Shown piece after piece: positions 10,605-21,500 of a stretch of DNA of 64,000 nucleotides (its first letter is position 1; each line of letters opens with the position of its first letter). Under the pieces are notes generated by a model that ran no database searches, was not told the origin of the DNA, and worked only from the letters and a program-made list of their open reading frames with translations. Where the stretch lies: contig CATNEN010000011.1 of NCBI GenBank assembly GCA_950097015.1, forward strand, positions 620,001 to 684,000, given 5' to 3'. The position numbers and the translations under genes are program-made. The stretch is from Macrostomum hystrix (taxonomy: Eukaryota; Animalia; Platyhelminthes).

Positions 10605-12257
10605 ATGTCCGAAGCCGCGCTTTCTTGCTCCGGGCTGCACAATGCGTTATCTGTTTGGGAAGAAGAGTTGCAGTTGGACCCTGACGCTGAGTTCATCTTG
10701 AATGGTATAAGAAAAGGTTTCGAAATCACCAACCAGGGCAACATCCTCGCAGCTAGCGAAGAAAACCACAGATCCGCTACCTGTCCTGAGAATCGTGATC
10801 AAGTTGAGGAGCTTATCCTGAACGAGCTAAAGAACAGCAGATACATGCTAGTGAAAGATAAGCCGCACATCATCAGCCCCCTGGGAGCTGTGGCCAAGTC
10901 CTCTGGTGGCCTTCGGCTGATCCACGACGCCAGCCTGCCTCGGGGCCGAAGCATCAATGAGTATTTCAAGCAGGACAAAAAGCTTCGCTTTTCGACAGTC
11001 AGCGCGTTTACTAAGAAACTGAAGCTGGGTTGGTTTATGGCAAAAATCGATCTGGCCAAAGCCTACCGCTCCTGTCCTGTAAGCTCTACGGCCTACTCAA
11101 TCACAGGACTCCGGTGGACCTTCAGCGGCGAGAGTAAGCCCAGGTACCTCGTCGACACGTGCCTCGGCTTCGGGTTTGCTGCTAGCGTCAACATATTCCA
11201 CCGGCTGTCGGAAGCTGTCAAGCGCATGATGGTTCGGCGAGGTCACCTAGTTATCTGCAATTATCTCGATGACTTTGCCGTTGCCGCGAACACACGGGAA
11301 GCCTGCCAGGAAGCCTATAGCACACTCCTGAATCTGCTGCGCCGCCTGGGCTTTGCAATTAACTGGGAGAAGCTATCTCCACCCAGCAAGTCCATGGTCT
11401 TTCTCGGCATCCACATCGATACGGCTGCAGGCCGCCTGACTCTCCCGCAGGAGAAACTCGAATCTTTGCAGAGTTTGCTGGACGCCGCAGCTGCCAGCAA
11501 GCGACTCAGCAAAAAGCAACTGCAAAAGCTTTGCGGAAAAATCGGTTGGTTTTGCGAGGTCGCCCGCGCTGGTAGATCGTTACTTCGGGGCCTCATCAAC
11601 CTGACCAACAGCCTAGATTTGCCTCACCACAAGATGCGCATCGAAGGTCAACTTGGTGAGCAACTGCGTTTCTGGCGATCAGCGACAAACTGGATGCATG
11701 GAATTGAATTGTGGCCGGCCTTCTCGAACCGGCTGGTGGTTGAAACAGACGCATGTCTGGCAGGTGGTGCTGCGGTCATTTCTGATGGAGCTAATACCGA
11801 CTGGATTTACGTGAATTGGTTAGCTGACTTCAACAGTGCTTTGTACGGTCTGCACATCAACTACCTGGAGTGTGTGATGCCTTTGATTTTTATTATCCTA
11901 TTCAAGGAGCGCCTAGCTAACTGCCACGTTGTCTTTTACACCGACAACTCATCCGTTGCCGGGATGCTGCGCAAGGGCTCTGCCAAGCCGCCGGTGGTTC
12001 AAGCGCTGATGCGCACGGCTGTTTTACTCGCGCTAAAGCACCGCATTCACTTCGAGGTGTTTCATGTCCCTGGCCGTTATCAAATTTTTAGTGACCCAGC
12101 TTCTCGTCAGAACCACAAGCATGGACTCATTAACTTTTTATTTCGCTACTATGGCACAATCTACATCGACCCTTCTGTTATCGCATCGCACGCCCTGTCT
12201 GCTGCTTCCTGTCAATCTCTCCTTTCACAGGTTCAGCGGCTGCAGCGGAGCCCCTAA
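10605..12257 (+). CDS. Ngaro reverse transcriptase-RNase H (frame open from 10452, overlapping the gag end in the -1 frame)
   Basis: RLIHDAS, AKIDLAKAYR, LGFG, YLDDF, FLGIHID; RNase H motifs ETDAC, HINYLE, YTDN, SDPASR. Confidence 0.95.
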   Translation: MSEAALSCSGLHNALSVWEEELQLDPDAEFILNGIRKGFEITNQGNILAASEENHRSATCPENRDQVEELILNELKNSRYMLVKDKPHIISPLGAVAKSSGGLRLIHDASLPRGRSINEYFKQDKKLRFSTVSAFTKKLKLGWFMAKIDLAKAYRSCPVSSTAYSITGLRWTFSGESKPRYLVDTCLGFGFAASVNIFHRLSEAVKRMMVRRGHLVICNYLDDFAVAANTREACQEAYSTLLNLLRRLGFAINWEKLSPPSKSMVFLGIHIDTAAGRLTLPQEKLESLQSLLDAAAASKRLSKKQLQKLCGKIGWFCEVARAGRSLLRGLINLTNSLDLPHHKMRIEGQLGEQLRFWRSATNWMHGIELWPAFSNRLVVETDACLAGGAAVISDGANTDWIYVNWLADFNSALYGLHINYLECVMPLIFIILFKERLANCHVVFYTDNSSVAGMLRKGSAKPPVVQALMRTAVLLALKHRIHFEVFHVPGRYQIFSDPASRQNHKHGLINFLFRYYGTIYIDPSVIASHALSAASCQSLLSQVQRLQRSP

Positions 12258-13273
12258 GGACGGAACGAGACCGGCTGCTCAACCAAGCTCTGGCACCGAA
12301 TACGAGACGAGCACTACGGTCCCAGCTAGCCTGCTGGGAGCGCTTCTGCACCGACATCAGCGTGCACCCTCTAGAGGCCGATGGACCGACGGTGTCACTC
12401 TACGTATCACACCTACACCTCAAGCACCTGACCTCATTCGCCAGCTTCCCCGCCTACCTGCACGCGGTGTCGTGGCTCTACAAGCTGGCTGGGAGGGCCG
12501 ACCCGACTGCCCACCCTCTAGTGCGCCTTGCCCTTCAAGGCGTCAAGCGGCAGCGCGGCGCCCATGCGAGACAAAAAGCCGGTCTGACCCCCGCCATGCT
12601 GCTGCAGCTCAGGTCACACATCGACACAACATCCTGCCGCGGCGCGGCCTTCTGGTGCTGTCTGCTGGTCGGCTTCTGGGGTCTGCTGCGTGCGGACAAT
12701 CTGTGCCTCTCTTCTGAATCAGCCGCCCGGAGCCCGCAGTCTTCAGCCAGGGCGGTGCGGCTGAAAGACCTGCAGCTGTGCAACAGCGGCATCGAGCTGC
12801 GAATCCGTCACAGCAAGACCATCCAGTTCGCTCAGCGTGAGCACATGGTCTGGCTGCCACGATTGCCCACCGCGAATGGGTCTCGTCATCCGCTCTGCCC
12901 GTTCAACGCGGTCCTCCTTCACCTCAAGCTCAATAATCTCGCGGAAAACGGACTCGACTCGATCCTGTTTGCCTTTCGATCGGGCCAACGACGGGTCCCG
13001 GTATGTCGATCGCAATTTACCAGACAACTATTTAAAGCGGCGACAGCGGCTGGCCTCGACCCGACAACAATCTCCGGGCACTCATTGCGCAGAGGCGGAG
13101 CGACATTTTTCGCCAGCTCAGGAGCATCAGTGCAAGAAGTTATGGCTTTGGGAGACAGGCGCAGCGACTCCGTGTTCCGCTACATCAAACCGGGTGATGA
13201 GGGGCGCCGGCGTGCGGTAGACGCAGCATCTGCCCACATCATCAGCTGCCACCCATCCCCTCACCGCTTTTAA
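12231..13273 (+). CDS. Ngaro tyrosine recombinase (no in-frame ATG; frame open from 12134)
   Basis: Reading upstream of the tracked ORF gives LRTERDRLLNQALAPNTRR..WERFC, a SAM-like N-domain start. Then GLLRADN (R), SKTIQF (K), GHSLRRGGA (HxxR), GDRRSDSVFRY (Y; the H/W position is R). Confidence 0.9.
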
Positions 13274-14128
13274 CTTTTTTTTTTGGCCTTGGGCCTGCGT
13301 CGCCATGTTCGTACCGCCACTTTTCTCGCCTCCGCCTCTTTGATCTGGACATTAATAGGCGGGTAAAGCTTGCGGCTTTAACCGCTTTTAATGTTTGAGG
13401 AATCCGCCTCGCTACCTTCTCTTTACCAGTCACTCTGCTCACCTAGCTGTACATCCTAGTTTGCGCTACCTTGCGTGTTTTACGTACTGAGCGTGTGCAC
13501 TATCACCACCACCCCTAATTCCCGGGGCACGTGCCTACCACGTAGTTTTATTTGACAACTCTCTCAGCGTGAGAGGGTGTCGCTGCTGCTCAATTGTCAA
13601 AATTTTTCTTTCTTCTTTTTGCTTTTACCTCCGGTCGTTTTATTTCTTCGTCTAAAAATACACTGCTTAATGCTTAATCGCTTTAGGGCCTGCGTCGCCA
13701 TGTTCGTACCGCCACTTTTCTCGCCTCCGCCTCTTTGATCTGGACATTAAACTTACCAAGCAAGCTCATCTCTTCATCATATCTAATCTTGTTCTGCACT
13801 AAGCCATTGGTGCCTTCGCTGTATATTACAGAACTTTTTTTTGCGAAATTCTTCTTGAAGTAAACCATCTGGGAAAATATTTCTGAAATGGGGCACTTCA
13901 GTGAGAATCAAATTATATTATAAGTTGTAAGTTTATTTATTCTTAGTCTACTCTATATTGTAAGCATCAAGGGATATGGATCGGTAATTCACTCCATGCA
14001 GAAAGAACCAATGGATTTTTATTGCTAATCCGCTCTATGCAGCACAGATAATATATAACTATAATATATATATTATGTTTGGTTGTATAGTATGTTTAAC
14101 TATAACTATATATTATATATTATCTGTG

Positions 14129-16758
14129 CCATGCAGTAGACCTCAAGGGATTTGAATTGCTAATCTACTCCATACAGAAGGTATCGAGGGATTTGAATTG
14201 CTAATCTACTTCATGCAGAAGGTATCAAGGGACTTGGATTGCTAATCTACTCCATACAGAAGGTATCAAGGGATTTTAATTGCTAATCTACTCCATGCAG
14301 AAGGTATCAAGGGATTTGAATTGCTAATCTACTCCATGCAGAAGGTATCAAGGGATTTGGATTGCTAATCTACTTCATGCAGAAGGTATCAATGGACTTG
14401 GATTGCTAATCTACTCCATGCAGAAGGTATCAAGGGACTTGGATTACTAATCTACTCCATACAGAAGGTATCAAGGGATTTGGATTGCTAATCTACTCCA
14501 TGCAGAAGGTATCAAGGGATTTGGATTGCTAATCTACTCCATGCAGAAGGTATCAAGGGATTTGAAATGCTAATCTACTCCATGCAGAAGGTATCAAGGG
14601 ATTTGGATTGCTAATCTACTCCATGCAGAAGGTATCAAGGGACTTGGATTGCTAATCTACTCCATGCAGAAGGTATCAAGGGATTTGGATTGCTAATCTA
14701 CTCCATGCAGAAGGTATCAAGGGATTTGAATTGCTAATCTACTCCATGCAGAAGGTATCAAGGGATTTGGATTGCTAATCTACTCCATGCAGAAGGTATC
14801 AAGGGATTTGGATTGCTAATCTACTCCATGCAGAAGGTATCAAGGGATTTGGATTGCTAATCTACTCCATGCAGAAGGTATCAAGGGACTTGGATTGCTA
14901 ATCTACTCCATGCAGAAGGTATCAAGGGATTTGGATTGCTAATCTACTCCATGCAGAAGGTATCAAGGGATTTGGATTGCTAATCTACTCCATGCAGAAG
15001 GTATCAAGGGACTAGGATTGCTAATCTACTCCATACAGAAGGTATCAAGGGACTAGGATTGCTAATCTACTCCATGCAGAAGGTATCAATGGACTTGGAT
15101 TGCTAATCTACTCCATGCAGAAGGTATCAAGGGATTTGGATTGCTAATCTACTTCATGCAGAAGGTATCAAGGGATTTAGATTGCTAATCTACTCCATAC
15201 AGAAGGTATCAAGGGACTTGGATTGCTAATCTACTCCATACAGAAGGTATCAAGGGATTTTAATTGCTAATCTACTCCATGCAGAAGGTATCAAGGGATT
15301 TGAATTGCTAATCTACTCCATGCAGAAGGTATCAAGGGATTTGGATTGCTAATCTACTTCATGCAGAAGGTATCAATGGACTTGGATTGCTAATCTACTC
15401 CATGCAGAAGGTATCAAGGGACTTGGATTACTAATCTACTCCATACAGAAGGTATCAAGGGATTTGGATTGCTAATCTACTCCATGCAGAAGGTATCAAG
15501 GGATTTGGATTGCTAATCTACTCCATGCAGAAGGTATCAAGGGATTTGAAATGCTAATCTACTCCATGCAGAAGGTATCAAGGGATTTGAAATGCTAATC
15601 TACTCCATACAGAAGGTATCAAGGGACTTGGATTGCTAATCTACTCCATGCAGAAGGTATCAAGGGATTTGGATTGCTAATCTACTCCATGCAGAAGGTA
15701 TCAAGGGATTTTAATTGCTAATCTACTCCATGCAGAAGGTATCAAGGGACTAGGATTGCTAATCTACTCCATACAGAAGGTATCAAGGGACTTGGATTGC
15801 TAATCTACTCCATGCAGAAGGTATCAAGGGATTTGGATTGCTAATCTACTCCATGCAGAAGGTATCAAGGGACTTGGATTGCTAATCTACTCCATGCAGA
15901 AGGTATCAAGGGACTAGGATTGCTAATCTACTCCATACAGAAGGTATCAAGGGACTAGGATTGCTAATCTACTCCATGCAGAAGGTATCAAGGGATTTGG
16001 ATTGCTAATCTACTTCATGCAGAAGGTATCAAGGGATTTAGATTGCTAATCTACTCCATACAGAAGGTATCAAGGGACTTGGATTGCTAATCTACTCCAT
16101 ACAGAAGGTATCAAGGGATTTTAATTGCTAATCTACTCCATGCAGAAGGTATCAAGGGATTTTAATTGCTAATCTACTCCATGCAGAAGGTATCAAGGGA
16201 CTAGGATTGCTAATCTACTCCATACAGAAGGTATCAAGGGACTTGGATTGCTAATCTACTCCATGCAGAAGGTATCAAGGGACTTGGATTGCTAATCTAC
16301 TCCATACAGAAGGTATCAAGGGATTTGGATTGCTAATCTACTCCATGCAGAAGGTATCAAGGGACTTGGATTGCTAATCTACTCCATGCAGAAGGTATCA
16401 AGGGACTAGGATTGCTAATCTACTCCATACAGAAGGTATCAAGGGACTAGGATTGCTAATCTACTCCATGCAGAAGGTATCAAGGGATTTGGATTGCTAA
16501 TCTACTTCATGCAGAAGGTATCAAGGGATTTAGATTGCTAATCTACTCCATACAGAAGGTATCAAGGGACTTGGATTGCTAATCTACTCCATACAGAAGG
16601 TATCAAGGGATTTTAATTGCTAATCTACTCCATGCAGAAGGTATCAAGGGATTTGAATTGCTAATCTACTCCATGCAGAAGGTATCAAGGGACTTGGATT
16701 GCTAATCTACTCCATGCAGAAGGTACCAAGGGATTTGGATTGCTAATCTACTCCATGC
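14129..16758. repeat. 41-bp minisatellite array, about 64 units
   Basis: Unit gctaatctactccatgcagaaggtatcaagggatttggatt with period 41 (e.g. 14282 to 14323). One further unit at ~17455-17488. Confidence 0.98.
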
Positions 16759-17457
16759 TATGGTGCAGGCGGCTGGCGAGCAGCAGAGCGACTACAACAG
16801 GTCAGCCGGGCAGCTGCGCAGATTCGGCCAGGGCGACGAGGTGCTGCTGCGCATCGAGCTGAGGGGCTCCAAGCTGGCGCCGTACTGGGACCCCGGCTGG
16901 CGGGTGCTGTCCCAGCGCAATCTGGTGGTCGAGATCGGCAAGAATGGCAAGACGCGCAGAGTGAACGTAAACCGCCTTCGGCCGCTGTTCCTGCCGGCAC
17001 CCGACGTCGAGCGTTTCGAGCAGCCGCCCTTCGCGCACGAACTGCACGGCGGCGGAGACGCTGCGGACGAGCTGCCCCAGAGGCGCTACCCGGTGCGGAG
17101 GCGGATGCCGGTTGATCGATATGTGCCGGGTTGAACCTTTGATTGAATGGCTGCGCTGAACCCATTCATGGACTGTCTTAATATTGCTTAAGTTGCACCA
17201 ATCACTTGCTGCGTTTTATTCTTTTTGAATTTATTTTTTTCCTTCGATTCTTCTCTTTTCTTTGCGTGGGAGGATTGTAGTGTGTGGCAATGCATCGTAC
17301 ATATGCGTTCACTTCTCTGTGTGTCTAATGTACATCAACCGCGTGCATGCCTTTCTCTCTCACTTTTACACCTTGGCACTGATTGCTATTTAACTCGTGA
17401 GTCAATAAATAAATCGCTGTAAAGCTTCGTCAACTCTAAGTCGCAGTCTCTCTGCCA
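16759..17457 (+). mobile_element. 5'-truncated Ty3/gypsy-like LTR retrotransposon fragment (integrase C-terminus, 3' UTR, probable LTR)
   Basis: ORF with KLAPYWDPGWRV...VNVNRLR (GPY/F-like) and RRYPVRRRMPVDRY. Purine tract gggagga at ~17268-17274, then TG...CA segment (TGGCA...TGCCA) with AATAAA at ~17404. Confidence 0.7.
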
Positions 17458-18520
17458 TGCAGAAGGTATCAAGGGATTTGGATTGCTATTTTATTCTAGT
17501 TGCAGCGAGAATCATACGATGGTTCGATATGATTTAGAATAGATTCTTAACATGAAATTTTAATTCGAAAATTCTACTTAGTAACACATCAGGCACAGTA
17601 AATACATTAGACTGCGGCCTACACATTAGGTAACTAACAAATCCGAATCTGTGTGAGCTGAGGAGATCAGAGTTTGGAGAGATTAAGCAGAACAATTGGC
17701 TGAGTGATTATGCAAGGTAACTGTCTGGCAACGGATTCTCGTTCGAGTTCTTAGTACCACATTTCTAGACCCCTGTAGCGCAAATGCAGGAATCCCGTTG
17801 TGAGGCGTGTCTCGACCCAATCTGGGGCCTCGCCCCAGTCTAAAACGGAAGTTGCAGCAATGCCCGATTTTCGGCTTGTCCAGATCTGTGTGATAAACTA
17901 GGAGCTGCGTACTCCGGGGACTCGATCCCATATGTCTGCGGTGGCCACGTAGACGCACTGGGTGGTGGCGCTACCCTAGATCATCTATCCGCGCTTTGCC
18001 GATAGCCATTCCTCAGTTCTGTAACAAGGGCCTAGACCGATTCGACCACCGCTACCAAAGCTAGGAGTCAGTTGCGCACCGCACTACTGACGACAATAGG
18101 CTGTTGAGGCCCTGTCTTGCCCGATTCCAGGCAATCCGCAGCGCTCCCTTACTCCCTTAGACTTTTCGCCGGTTTCGAGCACAGCTTGGGGTAGGCACGA
18201 CAATTATGTCCGTGGCCTATGGGACGAGTGGGACTGGCTAGCCTGACGCCAATAGGACCACTCCAAACCTCCACTGGACCCCTCAATCCAAAAATGTATA
18301 AGTTTCGAAAGTAGCACAGAAGATGCGGCAGTTTTCAATTGTAGCCACATGCATTGGTATTTTAAACAAAAAGATATATTTATCAGCAAGTTTATTTATA
18401 CGTATCAAATAAATATGTGTTTTTAAGACATCGCCAGCAATAGAACAGAATTTGTGTAGTAGCTTTGTCACTTCTTTAGCTTTTGCGGCTTGTTCTCGAT
18501 CTGTAAAATAGATTTCAGAG

Positions 18521-21500
18521 TCATCGAATGATGTTCAAAGTTGTGCTATCGTCATTATCTAACGGTGGAGCTTCAATTTCGGAAGCAGTGGCTTTGAAGA
18601 TTGCGGCGTCGGTCGAATAGTTTAGCGGGTTCGCATCCTCTTTCACCTGTTCGCTGCACAAGTGGGCCACAATGCAGGCTCCAACTGCGTCGCCGAGTAC
18701 ATTGATCGAAGTACGAATGCGATCTCTGCATTGTTTGTTTAGAGGCGTCTTATTGTTGATGCTAAGAGATGAAGCACCAAGGGGCAGACGTTTTCTAGAA
18801 ATTTTAGGACTCTAGAAATATAATTATTTTTGGAAAGCTATGGGAAAATTTGAGCCTGGATTCTGTTTTTTTATGGCAATTCATTGAATATAATTAGAGG
18901 TACAGAATAAAACGGTGGGTACTTAAATTACCCCCCGTGGTTTTTCTACAGTTAATGACACGTGGACATACTAAAATTATCATAAAATAGGCATAAAAGT
19001 CCTTTCTAATGCTTTTCTCACTCTTCCGCTTATGATTTAAGCTTACAGCAGCCAATCGACAGCCAAGATGAGAGGGATGTCATTAAGCGGTAGATTGACT
19101 GAATTCAGCACGGTTACCAAGGTGATTAGTCTAGCGCCGGGCACACTAGTGGCTCCCATGGCCACAAAGGTGACTGTAGAGCTGCGGGTAAACCATTTTT
19201 AGGGGCGCGGATGCAAGTTTTGTGAACGGAAATGTTGCAAGTTTGCTGCAAGTTGGCTGTGAAGCTACGGGTAAACCATTTTTTGGGGGCGCAGATGCTA
19301 GTCTTATATACTAAAATGCTGCAAGTTGGCTATGAACTGTTCTAAATTTATCTCACAAATGCACTTTGTTTGTTTGCTGGCCAACGGACAAGGGAATAAA
19401 ATAAGCTAGCTAGAAAGCTATGGATGGCCAAAGCTATGGATTGGAACTACCCACCCTCCCCAAGACGTCGATCAATACAAATATAGCCACATCGAATGAA
19501 AGATCGACTCGTGGCACACTATACTCGTAACAACCGAGGCTAAACATTGTAGTCTCGGTTTTCCAAGAGATTCCAGCACCCTCTAAAGCTGTATAAAACA
19601 GAATATGCAATTTTTAAGCAATAAACTGATGGGAAGAAGTTACATTACATAATTTTCCTCGACGGTTATGTGGGAACCCTAAGGGGTTGAAGCACGGCAG
19701 TTAGAGCTTTTGACTTTTTACTGAGGCCGGGAGTTCAAATCTCAGTCAAAGAAAAATAAAGGTATCATTCTGAAGGGAAATTTAATCCCCAATGGCTTCA
19801 GTCGCAGATTTTTTGTAATAGCATTAGCTAGGGTTGAATTTGGGTGGTGTGATAATGCAATGAACTCAGCTTTTAGAAGCAGCGGCTGTGCCACTGGTTG
19901 CACTACCAGGTTATATGTAAAGGTCTCTGTCTTTTTTAGCAGTATTAGTACTAATAATAATCATATATATCATTAGAATTATTCGAAAGCAGCACAAACT
20001 AACCAGGTAATTATAATCTGGCTGAAGTTCAGCGCCATTTTGTTGATCTGAGCAATGAAGATAAATGCAACAGCCTCGTACAATGCGGTACCGTCCATAT
20101 TAATTGTAGCCCCAATCGGCAGCACAAACCGGGTGATGCGCCGATGAATTTTAAGGTTTCCCTCGAGACACTTTAATGTGACCGGCAGGGTTGCTGAAGA
20201 CGACGCAGTGCTCAGAGCGGTTAGCCAGGCTTGGAACATACCCTTGAAGAATATCAGCGAATTCTTTCTCGTCAGAACCAAGTAAATGAGGTTCAGCGTT
20301 ATTAGAGAGTGAATAAGTTGGCCGGATGTCACAGTGATCACAAAGAAAACCATGTTGCGCATTGTGGACATCAGGTATTTGTCCTCCAGCAGCTTGGCGG
20401 TGATCAGAAAGTAAATGCCAACTGGCGTGTACCTGCAGGTCCACAAGAGCGTTAGTAACAATAATAATTGCAAGGTGCCTGTGGTCAGTACAACTGCAAT
20501 GCGCACGCGGGTTGCATGCCGCCTAGACTTCAAGCACGAGTGACGCGTTCTGATTAACTGGTGGGTTTACTGTCTGTCTCAAATGGGTCTAGGCTGGGGT
20601 GGGGGTTGTTAGCGTGACTGCCTACTTGTATCTTAGTGCGCCAAGCCTTTTCAAACCTCCGTTTTTTACTTTCTGAATTACTCCTGAATTACTCCCGGTT
20701 CAGAATTACTTCTGAACCGCTGTGTTCTTTCTTTGGCCGCGCTGCCTCAGCACTTGGCGGCAGTAGACTCACAGCCAGAGAGAGGCAATACAGCCAATGC
20801 ATTTCGCTGACTCCGCTGAGCACAGATTCTCATTGACTAACACCTGCCCTGGCTTTTACATCACGTTAAGCAGTCCCATGCAGTGATCCTAATGGGCGTA
20901 AATTGCGCTACAAGCCCCTTTACCATCTCTCCGTCTCTCCATGGCTGCGCCCTAAATTAATATGGCCACAAGAGCTCAGGGACATAGGTGCGAAAGTCAA
21001 ACGCGTAAACCTAGCAAGCACTAACCATGATGAAGTGAGCTATGAAGTAGATAAGTAAACGATTTGAGTAAATAAGTAAGTAAACAAGTAAGTAAACAAC
21101 TACATCTTAGAGCATGCACCTAGGTTAGTAAAAAGTGAGCTTGATTAAAAACTTACCACATGACAGCTCTGTTCATAACGATGACAACATCGTTCAGTAC
21201 CTTGACTAGTTGCACCAGCATTTTTCCTTTTTCCGGCATGTTTCTCAGAACGGCTCCGAAAAATAATGAGACACTCACTAAACCTAAAGACAAATTCGCA
21301 AAGATGCTGGAACTTTATAATCGCAATTAAAAGTATTCAAAATATGTGCGAGTAATTGAAAAAAATATATATTAATTTAAAAGAAAGAAATTTATAAACT
21401 AAATTATTTTACAATGGTAGCAAAATACCAACCAATTGCATTTGGAACATCCACTTTTGTATTTTTGAATTTATCGACCAGCCTCCACGATTGGCCGTCA

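Larger units (their letters stand above)
9192..13750 (+). mobile_element. Ngaro/PAT-type tyrosine-recombinase (DIRS order) retrotransposon, apparently full length
   Basis: Split direct repeats: A1 9192-9444, B1 13291-13355, A2 13354-13606 (253 bp, one mismatch to A1), B2 13686-13750 (65 bp, identical to B1). They enclose gag, RT/RNase H and YR ORFs. No methyltransferase domain was recognised. Confidence 0.95.

Noticed and set aside
14129-16758. CRISPR-like appearance of the 41-bp array
   Set aside because: Units are contiguous with no unique spacers, there are no cas genes, and the context is eukaryotic.
17683-18280. Possible LINE/RTE 5' region or ribozyme on the minus strand
   Set aside because: The region is GC-rich and structured-looking, but I found no endonuclease/RT motif, hammerhead core or complete HDV-like fold.
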